Origin: an uncultured Acidobacteriota bacterium
GTDB lineage: Bacteria; Acidobacteriota; Thermoanaerobaculia; Multivoradales; UBA5704
Reading direction: 5' to 3'
Assembly (NCBI GenBank): GCA_963770895.1
Contig: CAVYRF010000002.1
Coordinates: 1,376,001 to 1,440,000 of the forward strand
DNA length: 64,000 nt
Shown here: positions 29,802 through 39,655 of the stretch, piece by piece
Layout: the number at the start of each line of letters is the position of its first letter
How positions within the stretch are numbered: position 1 is the first letter of the stretch
Made by a program: the position numbers and the translations under genes
Notes under the pieces: model-generated
Seen by the model: the letters and a program-made list of their open reading frames with translations, nothing else
The model's database searches: none
Told to the model about the DNA's origin: nothing

Positions 29802-31682
29802 TCAGGGGCGCGGCGCGGGGATGTCGTACAGGTAGAGGCCGCCGCCCAGGTCGGCGCTGCGAGGGTAGCGGTTCAGCCAGGTGAAGGCGTCGGGGGGGAT
29901 GGGGACCATGTGGCCGGCGCGGTTGGTGACGTACGGGTAGCCGTGCAGGAAGTTGGCGCTGATGGCCGCCGGGCCGGGGCGGTCGGGTTGGGGGAAGCGC
30001 CAGCGGATGCCGTAGATGGCCGGATCGACGTGGCCGAAGTAGGCCAGCGCGATGCCGGGCTGGCCGGTGGCGTCCAGGTGGGCGCGCAGGCGCTTCAGGC
30101 CCTGGCCCCAATCCAGGTTGGAATCCAGGAAGATGCGATCGCCGTGGCCGCCGGCCAGAAGGTTGAAGTAGTCGATGGTGTCCGGAGTGGCAAGCAGAAC
30201 CGAAAACGGATAGATCACCAGGGCGGCGACCGCAACGGCCCGCGCCAGCCGGCCGCGGCGGCGGTACGCGGATGCGGCAAGCCAGGGCACCAGCCGTCCG
30301 CTATAGATACAGGCCAGGGGCAAAATCGGCAGCAGGTAGCGAATGCCATAGCTGACCGTCGACCCCAACGAAAAAAACGCCAGCATCGCCAGAGCCGGCA
30401 CCCACAGAAAAGCTTCGGCATCTGCCTGCCCGCCGGTGGATACAGCCGCGCAGTGGGCGCTGGAGGTCTGGGTTGAGGCGTGGTCGTCGGCAGTCAGGGC
30501 CGCCTCGAAATCACCGTTCGATCCGTTGCGCACGGCGCGGGCCGGCCGCGCCCAGGGGGCGACAAGCCAGGCGGCCAGCAGCGGCAGCGGCGTCTTGAAC
30601 AGGAGGGTCAGCGGGTAGTAGGCCCAGGTGCCGCGGGGAAGCCAGCGGCCGAACAGGTAGGTCGGGAACTCTCCCTGCTCGTTGATCAGCTGGATGGCGT
30701 CAAAACCTGACAGGTAGGCCGCCGGCAGGGGCGCTGGCAGGCGGGCCGGCAGGTGGGCGGCCAGGCGCTGCAGCCAGTGGCTGCGAAAAACGGTGGTGGC
30801 CAGCGGCTGGCCGACGCCGTGGAACAGATACCCGGCATCCAGGACCAGCAGGCTCACCAGCCAGAGCACGGCCAGGGCCGCCAGGCTCGATGCCGCGGCG
30901 GCGGCCCTGCCGCGGCCTGCGCTCGCGGTGAGCGGGAAGCGCCGGCCGCGGGCGAGCGCCGCGGCGGCGAGCAGCAACAGCACCGGGTAGAGGATGACGG
31001 CGCTGAACTTGGTCAGCTGCGCCAGGCCCAGGGCGACCCCGGCGGCGAGGAGAGTGGCCGGGCGCGGGTGCTCCAGCCAGCACGCGCACAGGTAGAGGGC
31101 GCCGGTCGCTGCCAGGGCAAAGCCGATATCGGTGGTCGCCAGGTGGGCGTGGGCGACGATGCTGGGGCAGAGGGCGTAGGCGTACAGGGCCGCCAGCCCG
31201 CCGCCTTCGCCGTAGAGCCGGCGCGCCCAGTGCCACACCAGCAGACCCAGCAGGGCTCCCAACGCCACGATCGGCAGCCGGCCCAGCAGGAAGATCGCGT
31301 CGTAGGCGGCGCGATTGCGGCGCATGAAGTCGGTGCCGAAAACCCACGGATACCAGCCGTTGTCGGCCAGGCGCGGCGCGGTGTCGACGTCCGGCTGGAC
31401 GGCCAGCAGGGGCAGCGCCGAAACCAGCCGCACCAGCGGCGGATTGAGGTTGTACAGCGCAAAGTTGCCGGTCTTCAGATAGTAGTAACCGGCGGGCAGG
31501 TGGGCGAACTCGTCGACCGTCGGGCTGTCCCAGCGCAACCCGTGAGCGCACAGCGCGACGAAGACTGCCAGCAGCGCCGTCACCGCCACCGGCACCACGC
31601 GCACCGGCCCCCACCGCCAGGAGGCGGCGGGCGGAACCGCCGCCGGCTCGGGGCCTGCCGGCGGCTCGGGCGGCCCGGTCAC
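29802..31682 (-). CDS. GT-C fold glycosyltransferase (ArnT/PMT, GT39/GT83-like)
   Basis: SPTVDEFAHL (DE motif after TM1), NPPLV, HAHLATTD, LTKFSA, RYLLP, DSNLDWGQ; multiple TMs. Confidence 0.85.
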   Translation of the reverse strand: MTGPPEPPAGPEPAAVPPAASWRWGPVRVVPVAVTALLAVFVALCAHGLRWDSPTVDEFAHLPAGYYYLKTGNFALYNLNPPLVRLVSALPLLAVQPDVDTAPRLADNGWYPWVFGTDFMRRNRAAYDAIFLLGRLPIVALGALLGLLVWHWARRLYGEGGGLAALYAYALCPSIVAHAHLATTDIGFALAATGALYLCACWLEHPRPATLLAAGVALGLAQLTKFSAVILYPVLLLLAAAALARGRRFPLTASAGRGRAAAAASSLAALAVLWLVSLLVLDAGYLFHGVGQPLATTVFRSHWLQRLAAHLPARLPAPLPAAYLSGFDAIQLINEQGEFPTYLFGRWLPRGTWAYYPLTLLFKTPLPLLAAWLVAPWARPARAVRNGSNGDFEAALTADDHASTQTSSAHCAAVSTGGQADAEAFLWVPALAMLAFFSLGSTVSYGIRYLLPILPLACIYSGRLVPWLAASAYRRRGRLARAVAVAALVIYPFSVLLATPDTIDYFNLLAGGHGDRIFLDSNLDWGQGLKRLRAHLDATGQPGIALAYFGHVDPAIYGIRWRFPQPDRPGPAAISANFLHGYPYVTNRAGHMVPIPPDAFTWLNRYPRSADLGGGLYLYDIPAPRP

Positions 31683-32176
31683 TCCAGCTCGAAGAGGGGG
31701 TCGCCGCCGTCGACGGGCTGGCCGGTCTGGACCAGGATGCGGGTCACGGTGCCGGCGTGCTCGGCCTGAATTTCGTTCTGCATCTTCATCGCTTCCAACA
31801 CCAGCACCCCCTGGCCGGCTTCGACGGCCTGGCCTTCGGCGACCAGCAGCGCCACCACGCGTCCCGGCATGTAGGCGGTGACGCGCTGGCGGCGGCGGCC
31901 GCCCTTCGCGGTGCCGCCCTGGGCGGCCAGGTGGGCGAGCGGATCGGCGACCGGCACCGCCACCGCTCCGTGGGGGTCGCTCACCCAATAGGTGCCGTCA
32001 GGACGGCGGGCCACCGCCACTTCGTGCTGTGCGCCGTCCAGGCGCAGGCTGTAGAACCCGTCGCGCACCCGCGCCACGTCCACGACGTACTGGCGGTCGC
32101 CAAGGGTGATCTGGTAGCCGCCGGCCGCCGGCTCGATGCGCAGGCGCTGGTCTTGCTTGCCGGCGATCAGGTCCAT
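31679..32176 (-). CDS. Biotin carboxyl carrier (biotin/lipoyl attachment) protein
   Basis: AYMPGRVV..LV.EGQ.V..GQGVLVLEAMKMQNEI. Confidence 0.92.
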   Translation of the reverse strand: MDLIAGKQDQRLRIEPAAGGYQITLGDRQYVVDVARVRDGFYSLRLDGAQHEVAVARRPDGTYWVSDPHGAVAVPVADPLAHLAAQGGTAKGGRRRQRVTAYMPGRVVALLVAEGQAVEAGQGVLVLEAMKMQNEIQAEHAGTVTRILVQTGQPVDGGDPLFELE

Positions 32177-33810
32177 CCCTGGCCTCCTCCGCGCACCGCT
32201 TCCACCCGTCCGGCCTGCCGCCAGCGCCGCCGGCGAGGTGCCGCGGCGCTGGCATCGGCGCCACCGCCCTGACCGCCGCCGCCGGCACCGCCGGCATCGG
32301 TGCCGCCGCTGCTCAAGCCGGCACCGCGGCGGCTGCGCTCGTAGTGATGGATCGCCGCGGCCAGCAGCGGCAGGTCGGCAACCTCTTCCGTCTCGACGGG
32401 ATGCAGGACGCCGGCGGCCAGCTTGCGGTCGAGCATGCCGATGTCCAGGCGGCCGGCGCGAAAATCGTCGTCGGCCAGCAGCGCCCGGAACAGCGGCGCC
32501 GTGGTGCGAATGCCCTCCACCCGCAGCTCGGCCAGGGCGCGCTCCAGCCGCGCCAGGGCGCGCTCGCGGTCGGCCGCCCAGACGCTCAGCTTGGCGAGCA
32601 TCGGGTCGTAGTGGATGGACACCTCGCCGCCTTCGTAGACGCCGCAGTCGTTGCGGATGCCGGGGCCTTCGGGGAGACGCAGCATGGTGATGCGGCCGGG
32701 CGAGGGCGCGAAACGCTGGAAGGGGTCTTCGGCGTAGAGGCGCACCTCGATGGCATGACCGCGCGGCGTGACGTCGTCGAATTCGGGGCCCAGCGGCTCG
32801 CCTTCGGCGACCCGGATCTGGGTCTCCACCAGGTCGATGCCGGTGACCAGCTCGGTGACCGGGTGCTCGACCTGGAGGCGCGTGTTCATCTCCAGGAAGT
32901 AGAACTCGCCGTTGGCCGCCAGCAGGAACTCGACGGTGCCGGCATTGCTGTAGCCGACCGCCGAGGCGGCGGCGACCGCGGCCTGCCCCATGCGGCGCCG
33001 CAGATCGGGCGTGACCGCCAGGGAGGGGGCCTCTTCCACGACCTTCTGGTGGCGCCGCTGCAGCGAGCACTCGCGCTCGCCCAGCGACACGACGCGGCCG
33101 TGCAGGTCGCCCATGACCTGGATCTCGACGTGGCGCGGATTGACGATCAGCTTTTCCAGGTAGACCGCGTCGTCGCCGAAGCTGGCCGCCGCCTCGGAGC
33201 GCGCGGCGCGATAGGCGGCGGCCAGGTCCGCGGCGGCAGCCACCTCGCGCATGCCCTTGCCGCCGCCGCCGGCGGCGGCCTTGAGCATCACCGGGTAGCC
33301 GATCGCGAGCGCGGCGCTCTCGGCAGCGGCCAGGTCGGGCAGCGCTTCGTGGCCGCCGGGCACCACCGGCACCCCCGCCGCCGTCATCAGCTTGCGGCTT
33401 TCGACCTTGCTGCCCATCGCCGCGATCGCTTCGGGCGAGGGGCCGATGAAGACCACCCCGGCGTCGCGGCACAGGCGGGCGAACTCGGCGCGCTCCGACA
33501 GGAAGCCGTAGCCCGGATGGATGGCGTCGGCGCCGATCTGGACCGCCAGCTGGACGATGGCGTCGGCGCGCAGATAGCTTTCCCGCGACGCCGCCGGACC
33601 GATCGGATAGGCCTCGTCGGCGAGGAGCACCGGCAGGCCGGCGCGATCCGGCTCCGAATAGATGACGGCGCTGCGGATGCCGAGCTCGCGCAGGCCGCGC
33701 ACGATGCGCACCGCGATTTCGCCGCGGTTGGCGATCAGCACCTTCTTGAGCCGGCGCCGCACCGGCGGCGGCACCGGCGGCGGCTGGGGAGTGTCGGCGG
33801 TCCTGGTCAT
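32167..33810 (-). CDS. accC: Biotin carboxylase subunit of an acetyl/propionyl-CoA carboxylase
   Basis: KVLIANRGEIAVR, IHPGYGFLSE, GGGGKGMR, ERECSLQRRHQK, FLEMNTRLQVEHPVTE, YDPMLAKL. Confidence 0.9.
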   Translation of the reverse strand: MTRTADTPQPPPVPPPVRRRLKKVLIANRGEIAVRIVRGLRELGIRSAVIYSEPDRAGLPVLLADEAYPIGPAASRESYLRADAIVQLAVQIGADAIHPGYGFLSERAEFARLCRDAGVVFIGPSPEAIAAMGSKVESRKLMTAAGVPVVPGGHEALPDLAAAESAALAIGYPVMLKAAAGGGGKGMREVAAAADLAAAYRAARSEAAASFGDDAVYLEKLIVNPRHVEIQVMGDLHGRVVSLGERECSLQRRHQKVVEEAPSLAVTPDLRRRMGQAAVAAASAVGYSNAGTVEFLLAANGEFYFLEMNTRLQVEHPVTELVTGIDLVETQIRVAEGEPLGPEFDDVTPRGHAIEVRLYAEDPFQRFAPSPGRITMLRLPEGPGIRNDCGVYEGGEVSIHYDPMLAKLSVWAADRERALARLERALAELRVEGIRTTAPLFRALLADDDFRAGRLDIGMLDRKLAAGVLHPVETEEVADLPLLAAAIHHYERSRRGAGLSSGGTDAGGAGGGGQGGGADASAAAPRRRRWRQAGRVEAVRGGGQGWT

Positions 33811-36509
33811 GACAGGGCCGGTATGTTAGCAGCTGGCAGCGGCGGCTGAGGTTGCGGATCGAAGCGATCCGGCGGCCGCCGCCGCCGGCCGCCCCACACC
33901 ACCAGCCCGGGCAGCGCCGCCAGGCCGAGCAGCGCCGCCGCCACGCTCAGGTGGAAATTGGTGCGATCGACCCAGAGCCGCACCCGGTGCCGGCCGGCCG
34001 GCACCACCAACCCGTTGCGCACCAGGTTGGCGACCAGCAACGGCGCACGCTTGCCGTCCACGGTGGCGCGATAGATCAGGTTGGTGCGCTGGACCAGGAG
34101 CACCGAGCCGCCGGCGCCCACGTTCAGGTCCAGGTCCAGGCTTTCGGGGCCCTTGCTCAGGATGCGCACGGTGCCGCCCGCCGACGGCCGCGCCCCGCCC
34201 TTGCCGGGCATCATGACGTCGGTCTGCGGGTTGAAGGCATCCGTCTTCATCAGGTTGTAGGCCGTGGTCATGTCCGCCGCCAGCCAGACCCGGCGCGCCA
34301 GAAACGCCTGCGGCGCGCGGCCGGTCACCTCGTAGACGTGCACCGCCTGGCCGAAGCTCGGGAACTCGGCGAGCAGTCGCGAATGCGACGTGGGCCGCAG
34401 CGGCCGCTCCATGATCACGCGATCGACTCCCCAGGCGGCAAGCAGCCGCAGGCGCTGCTCGTCGGTGGCGGTCGGCAGGGCGCCCTGCACCAGGCGGATG
34501 TAGTACGAATCCAGCCCCTCGGGCGATTCGTTGATCTCGAAGCGCCGGTCCCACATCGGGCCGACAAAGGGGAACAGCTCGTAGAAGGCGCGCCGCTCCA
34601 GCCACAGCAGCGCATCCGAAGGGAACTTGCCGGCAGCCAGCACGGGCATCCCGAACAGGTGCTCGAAATCGGGGTTGACCGCCGTCATGCCGGCCGGCAG
34701 CCAGGCCAGCGCCGGCGGCGGCACCCGGTAGGGCGCCACCGGGTCGGTGGGATAGAGCGGGTGCAGCAGGAACACCTGCGACATCGCATGCACGGCGAGC
34801 AGCAGTCCGCCGGCGGTCCAGGCGGCGCGCGGCGAGCGCCCGATGCGCCGCGCCAGCAGCAGCAGCAGCAACAGGATGATCAACGAAAACAGGCACAGGC
34901 CGGCCCAGCGCACGCGCTCGTTGGCGACGAACCACTGCGGCTGCGCGGCGGGGATGATGGCGCGCAGGAAGCGGGTGGAAAGCCCCTGCGCCGCGTTGAG
35001 CAACACCCAGGCGACACCCAGCAGCAAGGTCAGGCCGCCGAGCGCCCAGACGAAGCGCCGCCGCGCCGCGTCAGGCGCCGCCGCGCCGGACTCCGCGCCG
35101 GCGCCAGCCCCGGCAGCCGCCCCGGAAACCGCCGCCATCACCTTGGCGAAACCCTGGCCGCACAGCAGGCTGGCGCCCACCGCCACCGGCAGCCAGAACT
35201 TCACCGGGTAGCGCAGCGCCCCCGATCCGCCGCGCGCGAACAGCCACTGCATCAGCGGGTTGAACCGCCCCAGCGAGAAGAAGATCCCCGCCGCGATGGC
35301 TCCCCACGCCCACCAGGCCGCCCGGCCGCGCGGCCGCCCGCCGGCGGCGATCAACGCCAGCGCCAGCAAGCCCGGATAGAGAGAAGGATAGAGGGGGGGC
35401 GCACCGGTGAAGTAGGGCGCGGCCCAGAACGTGCCGCCGAGGCGGATGTCCAGGCGGCCGAACAGAGTGGGCAGCAGCCACTCCGCCGCCTGCCGCGGGT
35501 CCCAGCTGGCGATCGTCGCGACGCTGGCGGTGTAGCCGCGCACGCCGCGGAACGACTGCGGCAGGATGCGCAGGAACTCCTCGATCTGCGGCAGCGCGAT
35601 CAGCGTGCCGCAGACGAAGGCGGCGCCCACCAGCAGCAGCAGGCGCCAGGCCGGCCCGCCGCCGCCGCCGGCAGCACCCCGCCGCCATAGCCAGCGGTCG
35701 CCGGTGACGGCCAGCGCCGTGGCGGCGAGACCGCCGCCCAGCGCCACCATCAGCGGATCGCCGCCCACCAGCAGCAGCGCCCACAGCAGGCCGGCGGCGG
35801 CGGCGTACAGCCCGGCGCGCCGGCCCCGGCCGGGCAGGACGCAGCCCAGGCACGCCGCCACCAGCGCCGGCGCCAGGGTGGCCCCCGCGATCAGGTTGTA
35901 GAACGACAGGTGGGACAGGTAGAAACCGCACGCCGCGTAGCAGACCCCCGCCGCCCAGGCCGGTTCGCGCGCCAAGCCCCATCGTCGCGCCATCCAGGCG
36001 CCGGCAAAGGGGGCCAGCAGCAGGTGGATCCAGAAGTGCGCGTTGAGCGCCCAGATCGGTGACGCCCACAACAGAAGGACGGTCGTGGGGTAGAACGGCG
36101 CCCCGTTCGGGTTGCCGGCGAGCGGCTCGCCGCCGCCGCGGTAGGGATCGAGCAGCGGAAAGAACCCCTGGCGCAGGGCGCGCGCCTCGGCCCATTTCAT
36201 CTCCAGGTGGGCGTTGAGCACGTCCCGCATGTAGAGCGTGGTCGTGCCGCGCGCCAGCGGCAGGGCGATCCAGGCCAGCGCCAGCATCACCGGCAGCACG
36301 TAGAGCAGAGCGAACCGCGATCTGGACATCGCCGGCGGCGGGGCGGGGACGGCCGCGGTGGCGGTCGGGACGGCCGTGACCGCGGCGACATCCGCCGCCG
36401 GCGCGGCCGGCGGGGCGTCCGCGACGGCCGGTGGGACCGCGGCCGGCGACGGGTCGGCGAGCGCGGGCTCCGGGGCCGCGCCGGTGGATGGTGACTGTGG
36501 CTCGCTCAT
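33807..36509 (-). CDS. YfhO-like polytopic membrane protein (GT-C type)
   Basis: RDVLNAH, PLLDPYRGGGEPLAGNPN..PFYP, LRYPVKF, C-terminal ATVDGKRAP...AN....G..VPAGRHRV + TM. Confidence 0.75.
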   Translation of the reverse strand: MSEPQSPSTGAAPEPALADPSPAAVPPAVADAPPAAPAADVAAVTAVPTATAAVPAPPPAMSRSRFALLYVLPVMLALAWIALPLARGTTTLYMRDVLNAHLEMKWAEARALRQGFFPLLDPYRGGGEPLAGNPNGAPFYPTTVLLLWASPIWALNAHFWIHLLLAPFAGAWMARRWGLAREPAWAAGVCYAACGFYLSHLSFYNLIAGATLAPALVAACLGCVLPGRGRRAGLYAAAAGLLWALLLVGGDPLMVALGGGLAATALAVTGDRWLWRRGAAGGGGGPAWRLLLLVGAAFVCGTLIALPQIEEFLRILPQSFRGVRGYTASVATIASWDPRQAAEWLLPTLFGRLDIRLGGTFWAAPYFTGAPPLYPSLYPGLLALALIAAGGRPRGRAAWWAWGAIAAGIFFSLGRFNPLMQWLFARGGSGALRYPVKFWLPVAVGASLLCGQGFAKVMAAVSGAAAGAGAGAESGAAAPDAARRRFVWALGGLTLLLGVAWVLLNAAQGLSTRFLRAIIPAAQPQWFVANERVRWAGLCLFSLIILLLLLLLARRIGRSPRAAWTAGGLLLAVHAMSQVFLLHPLYPTDPVAPYRVPPPALAWLPAGMTAVNPDFEHLFGMPVLAAGKFPSDALLWLERRAFYELFPFVGPMWDRRFEINESPEGLDSYYIRLVQGALPTATDEQRLRLLAAWGVDRVIMERPLRPTSHSRLLAEFPSFGQAVHVYEVTGRAPQAFLARRVWLAADMTTAYNLMKTDAFNPQTDVMMPGKGGARPSAGGTVRILSKGPESLDLDLNVGAGGSVLLVQRTNLIYRATVDGKRAPLLVANLVRNGLVVPAGRHRVRLWVDRTNFHLSVAAALLGLAALPGLVVWGGRRRRPPDRFDPQPQPPLPAANIPALS

Positions 36510-36542
36510 CGCTTGGCGCGCATCCCCCGTACAATACCGCGC

Positions 36543-37463
36543 GTGATCGCTCCCCTGATTCGCTCGTTGCGCCCCGCCCAATGGGCGAAAAACGTCTTCG
36601 TCCTGGCGCCCCTGGTCTTCGGCAGCCGGCTCGGCGACGCCGTGGCCGTCGGCCGCGCCCTGCTGGCGCTGGCTGCCTTCTGCTGCGCCGCTTCGGCGGT
36701 CTACCTGATCAACGACCTGCGCGACCGCGAGGAGGACAGACGCCATCCGCTCAAGCGGCTGCGCCCCCTGGCCGCCGGCACCCTCAAGCCGGGAGTCGCC
36801 GTCGCGGCGGTCGTGGTCCTGGTCGGCGCGGTGGCGGCGTTCGGCTGGCAGCTGGGCAGCGGCTTCGCTTGGGCGGTGGGAGCTTATCTCGTCCTCAACC
36901 TGCTCTACACGCTCTGGTTGAAGCACATGGTCATCCTCGACGTGATGAGCGTCAGCTTCTGCTACGTGCTGCGCGTGCTGGCCGGCGCCCGCGCCACCGA
37001 CATCCAGGTGTCCAGCTGGCTCTTCCTGTGCACCACGTTCCTCGCCCTGTTCCTGGCCTTTTCCAAGCGCCGCCACGAGATCACCCTGCTGGCCCAGGGC
37101 GCTGCGGGCCAGCGGCCGGTGCTGGACAACTACAGCCCGGCCTTCCTCGACCAGATGATCAACGTGGTGACCGCGTCGTCGGTGGTGTCCTACGCGCTGT
37201 ACGCGGTAGCCCCCGAAACGGTGGCCAAGTTCCACACCCAGCGCTTGATCTACACCATCCCGCTGGTGCTCTTCGGCATCTTCCGCTACCTCTATCTGAT
37301 CTACCAGCGAACCGATCTGCGCAATCCAACCGAAGCCATCCTGCGCGACGCGCCCTTCCTGATCAACATCGCCCTGTGGGGCCTGGCGGTGCTCTGGATC
37401 GTCTACGGCCACGGACTGTGGAGCGCCATCCTGCCCCACGCGGCGGGGGCCGCTCCGCCGTGA
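36543..37463 (+). CDS. UbiA family polyprenyl-phosphate phosphoribosyltransferase (DPPR synthase-like)
   Basis: LRPAQWAKNVFV, YLINDLRDREEDRRHPLKRLRPLAAG, LKHMVILDV, KRRHE, FGIFRYL. Confidence 0.9.
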   Translation: MIAPLIRSLRPAQWAKNVFVLAPLVFGSRLGDAVAVGRALLALAAFCCAASAVYLINDLRDREEDRRHPLKRLRPLAAGTLKPGVAVAAVVVLVGAVAAFGWQLGSGFAWAVGAYLVLNLLYTLWLKHMVILDVMSVSFCYVLRVLAGARATDIQVSSWLFLCTTFLALFLAFSKRRHEITLLAQGAAGQRPVLDNYSPAFLDQMINVVTASSVVSYALYAVAPETVAKFHTQRLIYTIPLVLFGIFRYLYLIYQRTDLRNPTEAILRDAPFLINIALWGLAVLWIVYGHGLWSAILPHAAGAAPP

Positions 37464-38569
37464 GCCGCGGCGCGCTCTGGCACCACGCGCGCCGCTGGCT
37501 CCCCTGGCTGGCGGCCGCCGCGATCCTCGCCCTGATGGCGGCACGCGTGCCGGCGGCCGACCTGCGCCGCGCCTTCGCCACCGGGCCGTCGTGGGCGGTG
37601 GCCCTGTGCTCGGTGGCGGTGGTCGCGGTGGCGCTCGCCGCCGACTCCTGGGCGACGCTGGCGGCCTTCGCGGTCACCGGCATCCGCTGTCCCTGGCGCG
37701 AGCTGCTGCTCGCACGCGGCGCCAGCTACCTGTTGGGCCTGCTGGGGGGCGCCGCCGGGCAGGGGGGCATGGGGCTCTATCTGCACCGCGCCGGCGTCGC
37801 AGCCCTGCGCGCGGTGGGCACCGTCCTGTTCCTGCTCGCCACCCAGGTCGCCGCCCTGGCCGTGGTGGCGGCGGCGGGGGTGGCCGGCGAGCTGGCGGGC
37901 TCCTTCGGCGCCCCCACCAGATCCGGCGGCGCGGTGGCGGTGGTCGGGGCCTCCGCGGTCGCCGCGGCCGGGAGCGGCGCCGGGGCGGCGAGCGCGGCGG
38001 CCATGGCCCACCAGTCCCTGCCGCTGCTGGCGCTGCTGGCGGCGGCCTTCCTGGTCTACCTGGCGGTGATCGGCTGGTGGCAGCCCGCCTGGCTCACCCG
38101 CCACGCCGCGCTGGCGCCCGCCTTCGCCGCCGGCGGCCGCGGCTTCGTGCGCGCGGTCGCGGCGCGCCTGCCGCACGTGGCGGTGATGACCGTCGGCCTG
38201 TGGCTGGGGCTGCGGCTGTGGGGAGTGCCGCTGCCGTTTTTCCACGGCCTGGTGGTGATCTCGGTCGCCGTGCTGGTCACCGTGGTGCCGCTGGTGCCCA
38301 GCGGCCTGGGCACCCTGGAGCTGGCGGTGGTGGACCTGGTGGCGCCGTACGCCCCCGCCGCCGCGGTCGCGACCCAGCGCGCCAGCGTCCTGGCCTGCAC
38401 CCTGGTCTACCACCTGTTCAGCCTGGCCGCCCAGGCCGCCGTGGGCCTGCTGTGCCTGGCGCTCCTGGCGCGCCGGCCGCCGGATACGGGTTGCCGGATC
38501 AGTCCACTGCCGGCGGCTTTGGCGCCGCGGACCGGCGATTTTGGCGCGCGGCCAAGGGCTGCCGGTTGA
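37460..38569 (+). CDS. Lysylphosphatidylglycerol synthase TM-domain (flippase-like) membrane protein
   Basis: About 8 hydrophobic segments, VPLVPSGLGTLE motif; coupled to ubiA through a GTGA overlap. Confidence 0.65.
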   Translation: MSRGALWHHARRWLPWLAAAAILALMAARVPAADLRRAFATGPSWAVALCSVAVVAVALAADSWATLAAFAVTGIRCPWRELLLARGASYLLGLLGGAAGQGGMGLYLHRAGVAALRAVGTVLFLLATQVAALAVVAAAGVAGELAGSFGAPTRSGGAVAVVGASAVAAAGSGAGAASAAAMAHQSLPLLALLAAAFLVYLAVIGWWQPAWLTRHAALAPAFAAGGRGFVRAVAARLPHVAVMTVGLWLGLRLWGVPLPFFHGLVVISVAVLVTVVPLVPSGLGTLELAVVDLVAPYAPAAAVATQRASVLACTLVYHLFSLAAQAAVGLLCLALLARRPPDTGCRISPLPAALAPRTGDFGARPRAAG

Positions 38570-38601
38570 ACCGCGGCGCCCGAGCGCTTACATTACCGGC
38601 C

Positions 38602-39555
38602 ATGGACCCGACATCCGTCTGGCCGCAGCCGCCCGAGGCGGAAGCCCGGCCGCTTCGCGTAGCAGTGGTGGTTCCCTGCCACAACGAGGCGGCGACGGTC
38701 GGCAAGGTGGTACGCGATTTTCGCGACGCCCTGCCCGGCGCGCAGATCCTGGTGGTGGACAACGCTTCGACCGACCGCACCGCCGTGCTCGCCCGCCAGG
38801 CCGGCGCCCGCGTGGTGCGCGAACCGCGCGCCGGCAAAGGGTTCGCGCTGCTCACCGGCTTCCGCGAAGCGCGCGGCGCCGACTTCTTCGTCATGGTGGA
38901 CGGCGACGACACCTACCCGGCCGAAGACGTGGTCAAGCTGCTCGAAGCGGCCCAGGCGGGGGCCGACATGGTGGTCGGCACCCGCCTGCAGGACGCCGAG
39001 CAGGGCGCCTTCCGCCCCGGCCATTCGTTCGGCAACCTGCTGTTCAACGCCCTGGTGCGGGTGCTGTTCGGCGTCCGCACGATGGATCTTTTCTCCGGCT
39101 ACCGCGTGCTGTCGCGGCGTTTCCTGGAAACGACGCCGCTGATCGCCCGCGGCTTCGAGGTGGAGGCAGAGCTGTCGCTGCAGGCGGTGGTGCAGCGCTA
39201 CCGCACCGACGAGGTGCCGATCCGCTATCGCGCGCGCCCCGAAGAGAGCCCCAGCAAGCTGCACACCTATCGCGACGGGTATCGCATCCTAATGGCGATC
39301 CTGATGTTCTTCCGCGACTACCGGCCGCTCAACTTCTTCGGCCTGCTCGCCCTGGCGCTGCTGGTCCTGTCGCTCGGCGGCGGCGGCGTGGTGATCGTCG
39401 AGTTCCTGCACACCGGCCTGGTGCCGCGGCTACCGCTGGCCGTGCTGTCGGCCGGCCTGTTCATCCTCAGTGCCCTGTCGCTGACTTGCGGCGTGCTGCT
39501 CTCCTCGATCAATCGCCGGGCGGCCGAGATCGCGGCGCTCATTCCGTGGCGGTGA
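38602..39555 (+). CDS. GT2 polyprenol-phosphate glycosyltransferase (DPM/GtrB-like)
   Basis: VVVPCHNEA, VVDNASTD, GKG, MVDGDDTY, DLFSGYRV, SKLHTYRDG, two C-terminal TMs. Confidence 0.92.
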   Translation: MDPTSVWPQPPEAEARPLRVAVVVPCHNEAATVGKVVRDFRDALPGAQILVVDNASTDRTAVLARQAGARVVREPRAGKGFALLTGFREARGADFFVMVDGDDTYPAEDVVKLLEAAQAGADMVVGTRLQDAEQGAFRPGHSFGNLLFNALVRVLFGVRTMDLFSGYRVLSRRFLETTPLIARGFEVEAELSLQAVVQRYRTDEVPIRYRARPEESPSKLHTYRDGYRILMAILMFFRDYRPLNFFGLLALALLVLSLGGGGVVIVEFLHTGLVPRLPLAVLSAGLFILSALSLTCGVLLSSINRRAAEIAALIPWR

Positions 39556-39655
39556 CGACCCGCCCCCAGGCGCCGCGCGCCGCTCTCCGGCGCCCCCGCG
39601 CCTCCGCCGGCCGCCACCGCCACCGCCATCACCGCCGGCGGCCCTGACCCTCTCC

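Noticed and set aside
33807-37544. 1245-aa start for the YfhO-like gene, and other over-extended starts in the ORF track
   Set aside because: The extension is antisense to ubiA; the ATG at 36509 gives a sensible divergent arrangement.
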